DNA of 64,000 nucleotides from Bispira polyomma. Taxonomy: Eukaryota. The notes under the pieces are model-generated. The model ran no database searches. It had not been told where the DNA came from and was given only the letters and a program-made list of their open reading frames with translations. Of the stretch, positions 1 to 14,900 are shown one piece after another. The stretch is from positions 43,462,001 to 43,526,000 of the forward strand of contig OZ287756.1 of the NCBI GenBank assembly GCA_965649765.1, given 5' to 3'. Position 1 is the first letter of the stretch; every line of letters begins with the position of its first letter. Made by a program: the position numbers and the translations under genes.

Positions 1-469
1 AACTGCCATCCAATAAAACGCAAAGGTCATTGAACCAGAATGGTTTTAGTAAGAGAGTTTAAGGTCTGCACTGAACTTACTACTCCCGATGGGTCTACCT
101 AGCATACTGTATTACATGTTATGCCATGTATTTTGTAGTTTTTTTGGATTATCCTTTATGTTTTGTGTATCGCCTCATAGGATCATACTTTCTACTACTT
201 GAGGAAATTTTATTTTTCCTTCAATTTTATTCATATTCATTTAACTTATCTTACTGATACCTATTGACAGTTTATTTAAAACTCTGATTTTTTAAATTTT
301 TACCATACTTCTCCATCTGTATATTGAATTGTTATGATCAATTCTTACTTTATTCATCCATTTAAATAAAGTATGGCTTCATCTTCATGGTTATCTACGG
401 TTTGCCTATACCACTGTAGTAATGTGATTTACATATCCAACCTACTCTTGTACATTCTGCTTTCACAGA

Positions 470-1260
470 TAACCATGACAATTGAATCTGCTACAAGGTC
501 TAGTCCACGATGTCACTTTACAACAGACTACCCTGTAGCAGTGTCCTCAGCCACATTGTTATCCACGGGTCAGAGTTCAGACACTTCCAAAGAGCATTCC
601 TCCACCCAAACAGCCTTGCTGTCATAGGAGAAGGTCCGAGTCTATGTCCAAGATCATTACTAGCACCGTTCAGATGCAGTTAGAAGCCAATGGGGTGACC
701 AATGTCTCACCAGCAGAACTAGGACCACAAACTGGGTAATTACAGGTCTATACAACCAGTCTACCAATGAGAGATTAGGCCGTGTTACTTTGCCAATACT
801 TACGTGTATCATTTGGTCCAATGTGTATCTGACTTTCCACTTTTACTAGGTGATTGAAATAGTGGAGATTGGAGCTACCACCGTTTCATCAGCCATCCAG
901 CCTTCAACATTACACAGACACCAAACTCCAGGATAAATCATATTGCCTTGTGGACTAGAACCTCTCTGATAGTTGCCTCTATATACCGCTTAAAAGGCAT
1001 CCATTGCAGGCCTAGGAACTGTTTACCTACATCACCGATATATGCACAAAATTTGGGGGCGCTGCTTACCTTAAATATGATGAGTCATTTCGTTCTAGGA
1101 GTCAGATCTACCCTTATGTGTACCCATGACAAGTGACAAAATGGGACAGCTACTGAACAGTTACTGAATCATTACAAGCCCAGTGACCGCCAGTTCTTAA
1201 AAGACGGTTTCCAGACAGGTTTTCATTTATTATTGGTGGGCACGCAGTACTGGTGGATCC
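470..1260 (+). mobile_element. Possible highly decayed DIRS-like retrotransposon relic
   Basis: Fragment reading LKDGFQTGFHL (~1197-1230) resembles the L..GF..GF motif upstream of DIRS-type RT; otherwise disrupted. Confidence 0.3.
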
Positions 1261-1462
1261 TAATATTATATATGCCTCTTGCCAAATTTAATAGGTTTGA
1301 TTTTTATTGCACTTTCCCAGCTTGACACCTTGCTCCCTGGCTAGCCTCTGGAGAGTGCTGTACTTCCCCCCTCATCCTTCTCTGGGAAGCAGCTCCACTG
1401 CATTGAATCTACTATGGACTTCCCCATCTCAGATAACACAACAATTGCACAGTTTCCGGCTT

Positions 1463-1968
1463 AAGGTGAATTCACACTGTGATTGGTCCGGATCGGGATT
1501 CAGATCAGTGTACTTTTCCCAAATCAGATATTGTTTCTTATAACTCACACTCACCAGAAAATCCCAAATTTGTTATGGAATGTTAAAAAATGGGAATTTT
1601 ATTACATTTTTCACTCTGTATGTTTTAGAACTGCATTATATTCTTGTTAGTAATGGGGATCATAATCTGATGTCAGGTGCATTTAACATTTGTTTGATCA
1701 GTGATAAAATATAAGTGTCATTATTATTGAAAAAAAAAACTGAATTGTTCTTTTGTTGTATATCTAAAGATATTACAAAATCAAACGAGACAATACATTA
1801 TAAAACTGTATATATTCTTCCTATTTGGAGAAATCATATATTTTTTGCTACTGTGCAAGTGCTTAGTCCGGATCCGGATCCATCTTTTGTGTGGATGCTC
1901 ATACTGTTTTATTTTTGTCAAATTTATACAGATCCATGATCTGGATCCGGCCTGTGTGAATGGACCTT
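1463..1968. mobile_element. MITE (Harbinger/Tourist-like)
   Basis: Imperfect TIRs aaggtgaattcacac / gtgtgaatggacctt in TTAA/TTTA context, with subterminal ggatccgg repeats. Confidence 0.6.
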
Positions 1969-2899
1969 TACAGTATTACACCCACTATACAGTGTGTTTT
2001 TCCAGTAATATTTTATGCTGTATGTTGTCTCAGATGTATGTTTGTTCTAAATTTCTCCTACTCTATGTCTACATAATAATCTGCCATTTTATCTTCACCA
2101 TAAATAAACTGGAGTGACTGACTCCATATCATTTTCATGGTTACCAAAACAATGTGTGGCATTTCAGGGCAACACCCATCCAGTGACTCACAACTTCTGT
2201 CCGTATTAATCTTTTCCACCAACTGGTTTCTTCAATACTGCATATGCACCTTTTGATGAAGCCTATGTGTTCATGCACTGGTTAATATGTGTACATTTAG
2301 TGTCTTAGGTTACATCTATCACCCTCACGATTTATTTCAGTCCTCCCAGATTCTCCTGTCTGATTAATTTATACAGATAACATTCCACACACAGTTGTGA
2401 AACACTATATCCATCCCAGGCAAGACTTTCCTGGCCCATTCTTTGTATTTTAAGATAATTTAATTATTTTAGCTCTTTTTTTATAAAAAAGGAAACATTT
2501 CTAGATTGTATATTTACATCCAATGCCCATTAAACATTAATAGCCATTCCTTACCCACTTGGCCAAAGTAGGCCTCTCTGCTTCTGAAATAAAGTCAGTG
2601 GAGTTTGAAAATCTGATACATTGGAGAATACATTAGGATTCCCTTCCTTTTTCTGTGTGGGGTGAGGGATACCTGCTGTATTTTGGGTTTGTGTCCCTCA
2701 CCACATTTATGTAAATAAATAATGTATATATAAGTGATGTAATCAATTTTAAAGATGTTGTATGCTTGGTTTAATATATACATTTTGGTCAGTTGAATAA
2801 ACTGGCCATTTCAATCCACATCTTGTGTTTTTATCTTTGTTTATAAATATTCCTGAATTTGGACTGATATAAACTTTATTAGAAAATTATATAGGACAA

Positions 2900-5800
2900 A
2901 ACATAATTATCGCTGACACATCATTATATGTATAGAAAACATAAAAGCAAACATGCTGGGACATACATTTCCTTCATATAGTGATCATCTTTCTAAACTA
3001 ATGCAGCACCTTGAATTAGTAGATTCTGGAAAATTTATTATCCGAATATTACAAGGTTTACTGGAAGAGAAAAATCCTATTATGGATTTATCCAGTCTAG
3101 AATTGACTATTTTCTTGTTTTTTATCACCTAGAATATATTGTTCATTTATCTGATATAATACCCAGTATATGATCTAATCATAGCTTACTGCAAATATCT
3201 AATACCCTAGAGCAAGAAGGAAAACGAGGTTGTGGCTTATGCAAATTAAATGTCAGCTCATTACAGTGTAATGAATATGTAATTCCCATCAAACAACTAA
3301 TACAGCTAGATAAAGTCGATATACAAAACTTCGTAAACAAAAGACTTGCATGGGACTATGTCAAGTGTAGAATTAGAATAGAGTCTATAACTTTTTTCTT
3401 TGAGTAAAGGAAGACAAATAATGCCCAGTTAAATTTGCTCTCAGAAAGGTTGACATGTTAAGAAAAAACACCGCTCCTAGCATTGACCTTCTAGTAGAAT
3501 ATACTACTGTTAAAAAAGAAATGTAACATATTTACAATACAAAAGTGCGAGGATGCATTGTTTGATCACAGTGCAGATTAATCGATGAATATGAAAAACC
3601 TACTAATTTTTTTTAGTCTAGAAAAAGCCAACCATAATATCAAACATATACATACTTTAGTCGTTGAAGGAAGAAGGACTACTCAGACTGAAGAAATCTT
3701 AAATGCTGAGAAAGCATATTTTACAAAATTGTTTTCAAATGACAGTAATATATTTCTAAATCAGGAATGTGATAAATATCTTTATAAGGTAAACTTTTTG
3801 AATATTTTGGACAGCACTTGTGATATTTGTGAAAGTGATTTTTTTAATGACGAAGTAAATAAAGCAGTAAATGAATTAGCCAGAAATAAAACTCCTGGTC
3901 CAGATGGAATCCCTGGGGAATTCTATAAGTACTTTTGAAATGAAATATCAGATTTGGTTCATCAAAGTTTCATTGATGCCTTTGATTATGGTAAACTCTC
4001 CCCGAGTCAAAAACAAGGTGTTATTAGCCTACTTCCTAAGCAGGATAAAGATTTAACAATTAAAATCGTGGCGTCCATTATTGATCTTAAACACAGATTA
4101 CAAGATATTAGCTACAATTCTGTCAAACAGACTGCACTAGAAGTAATAAATCCTGACCACGTAGATTTTGTGGTAAAAACACTAAACTCATTACGATTTT
4201 TGTAAACTGTATCAAAAGCCAAGTATTGTTCTGCTAGCAGATTTAAAAAAAAGCTTTTGACACAGTCAGTTGGGACTTTCTGAAAAAATGTTTAAAAAAT
4301 TATGGTTTTAAAATAAAATTTCAAAAGTGGATTTCCATTGTTTATACAGATAGCGAGAGCTGCATCACCAGTAATGATTATCAGTCTGTTTATTTTAAGC
4401 TAGCAAAAGTTATTCGACAGGGCTGTCCGCTAAGTGCGTTGTTGTTTATGTTTGTAGCCAAAATAGTAGCCATAGTTCTAAGGACTACTTACTCAGTCTA
4501 TGGTTGACCTTGAGTGACCAGTGAGTACACTGAGTATTGCAGGTATAAAATTTTATTTTACTACTACTACATTTTATGTACAACACAAGACATATTCTTT
4601 ATGAAAACATTTGTAGGGTGACCTTAAATTACTAAGGTCACCCTAACAAGGGCACCAGGTACTATGGGTTTTGAGAATGGGAATTAAGAATTACTTAGCT
4701 AATTAAAATTGTAAAACTTTTGAGTTTAATGAATAAATGCAAGGTACCTGTTGCCAATTGTGAGTATATTTAATAATTAACTATGTTACAGTTACACACC
4801 ATATTACTTATTCTATTTAAGCTAAGGTGACCTCATAGGTATGAGGGAACCTTAACTTAAAGCCAACAGGTTCCCAATTTTATGAATTATTATATATATA
4901 ATTAGTTAAGATTTAAAATGTTTGATTTTGAAAGTTTTTGATATGAATTAAATTTGAAATTTTATTTTAAGATGTTTGATTTGAATAAGATGAACCTGGT
5001 GCCGATACATGCATTGTTAGTTCTTAATATTTAGTATACTGTATATATATAAGTTCTATTATTTTTAGTATGCAATTTGTATTTGCCATCTACGTTTAGC
5101 AAGTCAACCGGGGAAAGTACTTTGTTAGGGATAAATACTGGGGCATGTGGTGTTAATTTTCCCTGCCATACTACTTTTTGGTCCTTGCCTTGTGTGGTTC
5201 CATTACCATGACATTGTTTGTTACATTCACTTGAAGCAACCATACTATTACCCCATGCAATGCTGTCTATGACAATATTGGTTTTATTTCCTGGAGTACG
5301 AGTCTACCCACTACCCATATTACAAACACCCGTACTTTTGCTAACTTTGTCACTTTGTGGAGGTGTGAAGTTGTTTTCCACCCCTTGAATAGAAGTGGTT
5401 TTCCCTTTATCTTTATCCCCATTGTCATACATGTTGCGCCTTTTATGTGCTAAAAATGGAGTTGTGACACAAGCTGGTTGATTTTTTATGCCACTGCCAA
5501 TCTATCCGTAGGTGTCATCATTTATGCTACTTTTGAGAAAATCACATCCCCCCCTTTCCCCAGTTTCTTTGTTATGACTATCGTCTTGTTCCAGGGCCGA
5601 CAATAGGGGAGTGAAACGATTAACTAGTGGGACCTGTTTGTCTCTAATGAGGGTTTTATTGTGACTGTTGGCCATTGAGCTTTGGGGTTTTGTAATATCA
5701 CCCCTTTTTGGACATTTGTTGTTGTCAATGCTAGTGCCGTTTGAAACAGCTGATTTAGATATGCTATGGTTGGTAACTTTGAGGGCATTTGCTGTTCTAT

Positions 5801-6920
5801 TAGTGGGAGAGTTTCGCCCACACCCAGCTTGCTGCTGGCTGACTACAAAACCCTTACCACGTGTGCCCTGCTTCAGGGCTTGTGCATATGTGCGCTTTTG
5901 ACCTGCATTTCTATATGCTTCTCTCCAATCACATCTTTGCAAATTGTTGAGGAATTTTAAAGATATGCCGTACTGCAGCTCAACAAAGGTAAAACAGAGG
6001 CTATGATAATATATAATGATGGAACATTAAAAGAGTATTCCTTTAAAACTTTAGGTACCTGGTTCTCTGTAAATACAGAAAAATTTATGTCGCGTAATAC
6101 TGAATGTAAATTTTAATTTAAGACTGCAAATTAATGTGGATCAAAAGATTTAACAATGAAATAAATGCCAAATGTAAATGTTTTTTTTACACTTGTTTGA
6201 TGTCAATGCAAAAGATTGGCTTAAAAAATATCAAACATATTAATAGATCTCCTTTTTATGAAGATTTATGTTCCATTTGGTATAATTTTATCACAGTTGA
6301 ACCTAAATGTTTTTATAGATTTCCTAGATGAACCATCAATTTATAATGACTTGTTGGCTATTAATAACAAATACATTTTCTATGAATTTGCATAGTGGTA
6401 TGCTTGTGGTTTTAAAAAGGTTCATGATATTGTAAAGAAAGATGTACATTTCAAAGTAAAAAATATCTAGGATTAAACAATAACCTCATTACATCTGATA
6501 TGTTTTAAATATACTTCTTGGTTGTTTATACATTGATAAAATGTATTATTATATTATTAATTATCTTATGATCACAGGCAAGTATTATATATACCAATGT
6601 GAAAAAAGACGCAGACCAGTCTTTTTTTACATCACTTTTTTTTATTGGTGAAAGATAAATTAATGTTGGACAACTTTATTTTTATTAGCAAAGATAAACA
6701 GTGTTTGTTTGAGGAAAAGTATGGTAAATTTCTCCATTTAATTTAGAGTCTCATATGAGCATTGCACAGTTATCAGTATTACATTTTTTTAGTAAAATAT
6801 ACAATACTATAAATGATTTACCTGTATGAATACCTGTTTCTATATTATTTTGTACTTTGCGCACAATATTTTGTAACCCTTGTTATATATGTAAAAACAA
6901 ATAAAATATTAAAAAAAAAA
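2900..6920 (+). mobile_element. Decayed L1/Tx1-clade LINE ORF2 with poly(A) tail, interrupted at ~4485-5940
   Basis: FFSLEK, NKTPGPDGIPGEFYK, QKQGVISLLPK, KAFDTVSW, IRQGCPLSALLF; RT resumes at ~5940 (LQLNKGKTE); AATAAA plus A-run at 6899-6920. Confidence 0.85.
4485..5940 (-). other. Unclassified insert within the L1 RT, with a low-complexity ORF relic (5502-5942)
   Basis: Interrupts L1 RT colinearity; the ORF has TYAQAL and NRFTPL motifs typical of retroelement gag/ORF1-like proteins. Confidence 0.35.
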
Positions 6921-8058
6921 CAATGACAACAACTTCCTCCCAATAGTACCTTGTTAGTTACAACCAAATAGTATATCTTGACATTTGCAGTAAAAGCTAC
7001 TCTGCCAAAGTTGATTGAATTACAAGGGAGACTTAAAACAAACTACGAAGATCAATATTGTTTGAGTATTGAAATGGATAGACAAAGTCAATTCTAACAA
7101 AATTGGTCAATATTTGCCAATTTATTTACGTAAATTACTTTATATTTGCAATTGATTACCTTTGCCAGACATTAAATTTTTGAACTTTTTATGAAAGTAA
7201 AATATAGAAAACATATAGTACACCAATAATGATTGTGATTTTGTAAGTCGTGTATCATGTGAAACACTGTTATTGCATTTTTTGGTTAATTTGTTTATGT
7301 TGTGAAATTGTTTTGTAGGTTGTGTAAAATTGTGTGTTTCATATGACAGTATTAATGATACATGATTTATGTAAAAAATAATATATATATATATATTTAA
7401 TGACCGCTTGATTGGTAATAAGTAAAGCCAAAAACCCAATGACATTTTAATAATTTTAACTGTATGCGATTTTATTTTTACATTCTTCTAGCCTTATCAA
7501 CTTGGACGTTTATTTTCCTACCAAATGGTACAATAGTTAATCTTTAATACAAATAGGGTAAGGATGGAAAAGTTATTGAATTAAACGAAAAGAAGCTGGA
7601 CATTTAAGAAAGCCATTTAGGAACACTTAGTAACTGTGCCAACACATCTGATAAAAAATAAGGTATTATGTCTCAAATTTGACCTCAAGGCAGTAAAGGT
7701 CAAAATGATAAGGACAAAGGTTAAGTGAGGTGATATATGAGAAGTGGAAGGCAGTGAATGACTATCATTTTAATATGTAGACATTAGTAGGTTTATGCAC
7801 AGAGATGAAATACCATAGAGAGTAGAACTTCAACTAAATTTAATAAATTTAAAAATGCATCTAATATCACAAATGCATAATTCTGTGCGTACTTGTTCAA
7901 TGACCCTTGCCGTTCTGGTGGCATATTCCAGTTGATCTCACAGAACCCCCAAAATGCTGCCAAAACAATCATACATATTAGGCATATTGGGGTCTGTATT
8001 ACATAACCCAAGAATAAGTTACTACAAATTTCACATAATTGCCTTTTGAAAGATATAC

Positions 8059-8970
8059 TCAAACAAAGTCCAGAGTATTTGCTCTTCTTATCCTCTTAAC
8101 TATGTTCTTCCTTGACTTAAACACTGGTACAGCTTTACTGTTGGGTGCATCTGATGTTTCCCTTATGTCATAAGCAGGCTCTACATCAAGACACTTATTA
8201 TCTGCACTCGTTTTACTGTCCTTTTTAACATGATGAAGTCTAGGTGATTTCCTCATAATGCCATCCTTTCTGACCCTCATTGTTTTCTTTCTGTCACTGG
8301 TGATCTCATTTTCCACTGACTCGCATGTAAACATGCCATCATATCCCCTACTAGAATCTTTACTACATTGCCGTTCACTGCCACGAGTATACCTTATTTG
8401 GAGATTATCCTTTCCGGTAGTGATGTCACCAATTTCAGTGTTGACATCATCGCCACTTTGAATGGATGTTATAGTATACACACCACTAGTAGTTGCATGT
8501 GAAGATTGTGCTCTAGTTGACTCTAAACTAATGACTTCAATATCTGGGCTGTCCTGTGCATCTTTAGATGTCAGTCTATGGTTAGAATGCTGTGTCTGCC
8601 AATTTAGTACCTTCTGATAACAGAGTCCATAGTCACTGACACCATGAGGTGAATAAACTACATTGGCCTCTTTTGCTGAACCTCTGCTGGCATGTATTTG
8701 CCTATGTTTTACAGTAGGAGCAAACTGCTTACTGTGGTCATTTACGACATCCTCTCCATGTCCAGGACTTACACTGACTCTGTTGACAAGGGATTCTCGG
8801 TGTTTGCTGCTATTTGAGGATGTTTCTTTTACTGTTAAATTGGTGCAGTATTTGATTATGGCCAGCATTAACATATCCATAATGTACTCCAGAAACTCGA
8901 AGGTTGTTATGAATGAGCAACCAAGCCAAAGGCAAAGGTTAGTGCCCACATTGCCCCAGTACTGAATAAG
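8059..8970 (-). CDS. DEG/ENaC exon 16: TM2, selectivity filter and ~260-aa cytoplasmic tail
   Basis: LIQYWGNVGTNLCLWLGCSFITTFEFLEY... open to the stop codon, ending RRANTLDFV*. Confidence 0.92.
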   Translation of the reverse strand, partial: LIQYWGNVGTNLCLWLGCSFITTFEFLEYIMDMLMLAIIKYCTNLTVKETSSNSSKHRESLVNRVSVSPGHGEDVVNDHSKQFAPTVKHRQIHASRGSAKEANVVYSPHGVSDYGLCYQKVLNWQTQHSNHRLTSKDAQDSPDIEVISLESTRAQSSHATTSGVYTITSIQSGDDVNTEIGDITTGKDNLQIRYTRGSERQCSKDSSRGYDGMFTCESVENEITSDRKKTMRVRKDGIMRKSPRLHHVKKDSKTSADNKCLDVEPAYDIRETSDAPNSKAVPVFKSRKNIVKRIRRANTLDFV

Positions 8971-11900
8971 CTGTAAAAGAAACTTAATATATATATATCT
9001 ATATTTTTCTAAATTGTATTTATTTATTATTGCGACATGCAATATAATGACAACAATATGCAACATAGGTAAATAAAAATTCCCCAGCCCGAATGGGCTT
9101 ATAAGCCACCTTTATAATTTAATATCAATAACAGTGGTTACAGTTATTATAGTTTTACAGATACTTTGTTCAATAAACAGAAAATAGTGATTTATAGTAT
9201 ATCTGGGTACATATACATTGATAATAACACAACAACATCTATCAACGCAAACATGTATCAATAGCTGATTTTTGACCTCTTATTATATCCCTTAATATTT
9301 GAAAGCAATAGACACCGCAACTTTCATTTCAATATTTAGTACATATTTAACAGCAAGGTGTTGTATTTACTCTCCTTTTATGGTATAATATTATAAGACT
9401 AAAACCAAGTGATTTGGAAGATTACGATGCCAATAGAGAAAATAATGGACTTCTAGGTCAGCTTACTAAATAATATTAGACAGATTAAAGAACAACGTTC
9501 AATTAAAACATTTTTGTTCAATTAAATAAGGGTATAGGCTATATTGGGCAATATTGGCTATATATTATGTTGGGTAAAGTTAATGACAATGTCACATTCA
9601 AGACATTCCACCTATAATAGGAATATTATATTGTTCCACTCACCAGGTACTTTGGTTTTTCATCAATTGATTTAGAATTTAGTTGTTCATAATAGATATT
9701 TAATCTCAAGATGTTTCTTGAAATGAACTCGGCTTTGCTGGTTCCATTTGACAGACTAATGGTGGTATTGTATTTTTCTGCAAACCCTTGCTGAAAGAAT
9801 GAATGTCATTTGTTAATAATATGCGTGATATAATATATGTAGTCAATTCTGTCAACAGTTTCATGTTAATATTTTAACAACAGCATATACTGACAGTCAA
9901 CTGTTGGTATGATTATATGAAATTATGGTAAGTTTTGTTGAAGATAATAAAATATTTCATTTGAGATTTTATTTTTACAGGTTAGTATGTATGTGCAGGT
10001 TCACATAAAAGAGAAGTTAAAACTGAATATCATAAAATTCAAAGTCCCTATACGAGGTATACTTAAACAAAATAGGGTAAAACCCTCAACACAATAATAG
10101 TAGGACTAGCCATGAATAACAATTTAAAGCATAGTACAGACCCCTAAGTCATACCAACTTAATGTTAGAATCATAAATAATCCCATCCAGGTAGTACAAG
10201 AACATAATTCACAATAACAAAGTATATAATGCAATACGTAAAGTTATAAAATAATAAAATTAGCCAGTAGGATCATTAGTTACATAAAATGTTACTGACA
10301 TATTGTATTGTTCTAATGCTAGGTACATGCTCCCTGCTAACATGGAAGCCATAAATCAGACATAAACGTCGATCACTATATTATGCCTTCACTATGTGAA
10401 GCCACTTAACACTCCCATAACTGGCCTATTCATTAACGACCATATTTCCAAATAAATACTGTCTCAGTGTTCACACTCTTCACAACTTGGTAAAAAAAAA
10501 CCTGTTCAAATATCAAGACCTGACACCTAATTGGAAACTTCTGTTTGCATCTCCAGTATTTCCTACAATGGCGTTCATACCGCTTGTCATAACTCACCTC
10601 CTCAAATGACGCTCAAGATCATAGAGTCACATTGAAATTATAATACTCAATACGTACCCTGAAAAGACACCCACATTAATCACACAACATGCGTCTGAGA
10701 TGACGCTTAGATTAATGTAATAAAGAAAAGGCTGATGTTGCGTGTGCTTTGACTTTATCAAAACTTTGAAATGTTTTTATACTAAATACCGTCATTTATG
10801 TGAGAAACAAAAGCAGAATGGGTCATAAGTGAGGCCAGCCACCCCGTGGCTGTGGCACCTTGGCGCCTAGCAGGGGAAATGTCCTGCCTCTCAGAGCCCC
10901 TTATTTCAGTGATCCCCTAGTGGTGAGCAGGTCTCTAACCAATGGCCACACCCCACGTAAGTAAGTAAGTGAATTTGTCAAAAACCCTTACTGGTGAAAA
11001 AAACCCTTAACCTATTTAAGTAACCTATAAACCCAAGCATATTATCATGCTGTGGTTAGGGGAGGCGGTGGGTTTAAAAGTTCCTTTAGTAAAGTTCACA
11101 GGTGAAAATGTAAATATAAAATGGAAGTCACAGGTAGCTAACTATGTGATTGGTTAATAATATGGATAGACAGAAAACAGGACTATGCCTCTGCATTCGC
11201 TAGGGGAGCTTTTAAGGTATTAGGTAATATTAGTAGGTGTGGACTAAAGGTGACCTGCTGTGCACACACATCCAAAGAAGGTTTTTAAAAGTACAAGATA
11301 TGACAATTTGAGCACTCTCCCAAAGGGACAGAATATGTGTTGATTTTACAGAATCTGACAGATAATAAGTTTTTGTCATTCACCTTTAAAATGAAAGAAC
11401 ATCAGTGATTTCCTGTTAAAATAAAAACAGGAATTATGGATAAATATTTTGATTACAATGGTTATTTGTCCTGTTTTGTACTGAGTTGGACATATATATA
11501 TACAATATATAGTTAAATATTAATACCTAGGTGTTCAGTTTCAGTATGTATTTCATGATATTACTTCAATTTTTCATGAGTAATCGACCCATGTTAGGTA
11601 ACAAACTATATATGGCGTCACCCTGTGTATTATTTTTATTTGTTTTAAATACTTAAATATTTTGTGTGCTTACCTGAGAAATGACAGGTGGCCACAAGCC
11701 TTTGGAGTTTTCTGCAGAGTATCGGACTTCACTGCAATATGTAAATAGAACGGTGGAAGTTAGTAAACAAAAATTGTAAACACTGTTGCTATGAACTGTA
11801 TTGGATTTTTAACATGGTTAATTGATGTGAGGCATTTTCTAAAGACCAAAAGCTAATCATGTGTCCTACGACATAGCCTGGGTCGTGATCAGTAGGCAAT

Positions 11901-14900
11901 GGCATGTTCAAATCCTGCCCAAGGATGTTATCTGACCAATGAACGAAGCAACATTAGCACAAGTTGAACCAGGGATCTTGTGATCACTAGACCAACCTAC
12001 TAACCTAGCAATTTAGTGTTTTTATGATTTTTGATATATTACAGAAATATTAGGGGGTTAGAACTAAAATAAGGAAACTGGATTCTTTGTACTTGAATTT
12101 AGTCGAGTTTTATGTCGCTTTCAACAACTTGACGGCCAGATTTAACGCTTAAAAAAACCTGTGCTTTTCAGCACTGTAAACTACTGGCTTATGGCAAGTA
12201 CCTGACAAACTTTCGCACATGAAGTATTCAAACTCACATTGGTGAGAGGCTAATGATAATGAGGCTTTTGTTTTTTTACCACTAGGCCACTGTGGCACCT
12301 AGGATTCTGTATAAAGTGGTCTCCAGGTTATTGTGGGTGTACTACGGTTCTTGAATCACTAGAGTACTTAGATTGCAAAGGCATTATATAATATTAGGGT
12401 TTTTTTAATTTGTTTAGTTTAATTATGATTTTCATAGTACAATAACAAATCCCCCATATAAAATACATGCAAGAAGTCTCAATACCTGCATGGTTGGGGG
12501 CAGTCACATTCTAATTCATCCTTGATGTATTGTGTTTCAATCAAATACATGCATCTATCTGCAACAGATTAAGCTAAGTTTAGTTAGTTCAAAGTCACAT
12601 GTTATATCACGGCAATTATTTTACTGATGTATGAGTAGTTTAGTATAATTTGATATTGATGCCGCTTTTGACAGGTGTTTTGTCATATACCATGACTGGC
12701 AATTTATTGGTGGGGAGTTAAGAACAGCATAGGCGGTCAAAGATTATTGGTCTGCAACCACCAGCCTCCTTTAAGTCTACTGCCAAATTTCGTACATACA
12801 CAGTACGAGTGTGTTACTACAAACTACATTACCAAAGCTCCTAATGTTAACAGTTTATTAGTAAAAGAAATCAATACAGGTGTATGTAAGTCAAGATTTG
12901 CGTACTATAAACCACCAGCCTTCAGCAAGTGTACTGGTGACTTTACCGCATGCATGTCAGGCCCAAGATTAGAAGCCACGACTGGAGATGTGTAAGGCGA
13001 GAGTGTTACCCCTACATGCGACTTGAAATGGTACACTGTGGCATTATAGTTCACCATGTGTATATACCACTATTCAATATTCACACATACATAAAATATG
13101 TACCATACGATATCACAATGGGAAAAAATATGATCACATCACACCTGTACTTAAATCCTTACACTGGCTACCTGTCCGACAAATGATCAGCTATAGGGTA
13201 TTGCTGCTGACATGCAAAGCTCTAAATGGACAGACACCAACATATATTTGTGATATGTTGGCATACAGGTCAACTACTGTAAATACTCGCTCAGCTAACC
13301 AGAGGTTCCTTCCATTCATAAGACATGCTACGTTCGCTGCCCGTGCATTTTCAACAGCTGCACCAACTGAATGGAACAAACTTCCTCTCAAGCTCAGAAC
13401 AATCTCAAACATTGAGACATTCAAACAGAAACTTAAAACTTTTGTGTTTAACAAAAGCTGTTAGGACAATAACAAACCTGTAGTTTTTGTACATTATGAT
13501 TTATTATTTTAGAATATGATCTATCTTATTGTAAAGCACTATGGAACAGTTCTTAATTGAATAGGGTGCTATAAAAATGTTTTTATTATTATTATTATTA
13601 TTTGTTGTTGTCATAAATCATCATTTTTGTAAACTAAAGACATATTTCTAAAGAAATTTTCCTTCTTCATTGAATGTTTGTCAAACGCTAATTCATGGTA
13701 GTTTTGTTGAATTATGAGTAATGTACATCCAGTATAAGAATTAAACTTAATGCGTAGGATTATTAGAATTTTTGACATTTAGTTAAACAAAATTTAACAT
13801 ATACTATTCAGTTGGGATTTAAATGTAAAATACTTGTAAAATAGCTAGAATTGCAATTTAATATAACGTAATACCTTGAGAGAGGTTTCTGTTATCACAT
13901 GATGTGTATTCAAATGTAGGGAATGCACTTCCATACATGGGATACTGTGGGTCAGCACACCGGCATTGGCTGATGACATGTTGTTGGTAGCAGGTCTTAT
14001 AGCAAGAGGCAGTACTATATCTAATATTGACAAAAGGAAAATATGGAAACAATAGCTTACTAGTAACAGCATGAATAACTGTACTAGAAAGACACTTAGT
14101 AGAGTGCATATCTCTTCCAAGGGGAAGTAGTGCCACACATAGTTTTAAAAATAGTCTTAGATCAGAACTTCTAACTGGATCCACTCCAAAATTTAAAAAT
14201 ATTCTGCCATACGTCATCCCTCCAATAAATTTATGTGTGAGTTTCTTACCACAATTACACAACTATTCAACCAATTAAATTTGGTAGAGGCATGGGGTTT
14301 TTAGCAAATCAGGTAAAAAGCGTGCATCCTGGATTTGTTTTTTGTCACCATCGTGTCGGTATGCGCTCTACTGAGTACCCTTTAAGTTTATAGTGTATTT
14401 TCTGTATAAAAGACCACAAAAAAAAAAAACAATTATTGCCTGTGTTATCTATTCTTTTAACTATCTGCATGTATATATATGTGTGTATCTGCGCTTAATA
14501 TTTCGTAACTATACAGTAAACTACTACTCTTTCATGGTTCTATTCATTTACTTAATTGTCTATGAGAGACACAAAATCAGTGTCATATTTGCAATTACAA
14601 AATCACTAGTTTCTCGTTTTACCAAATTCAGTCTCTGTGATTAATTGTGACATTTACTCATTAATCTTCTGACTATTGCTAGCCCTAGAATGCACTTGTT
14701 ATTCCATGTCACATATTTATTCCATTGACAATTGGATACAGAATATGTCTCATATTTTTGTAACTTAACAGTAACTACCTCTTTTTAAGTTGACTATATC
14801 AAACTGAATACATCCTCTGTTTACCCGAAGACCCTTTGTGATGAGCTGTGACATTTACCTGACAGGAAACAGTTCCTGGAACACATCTCTGTCTGTGACT

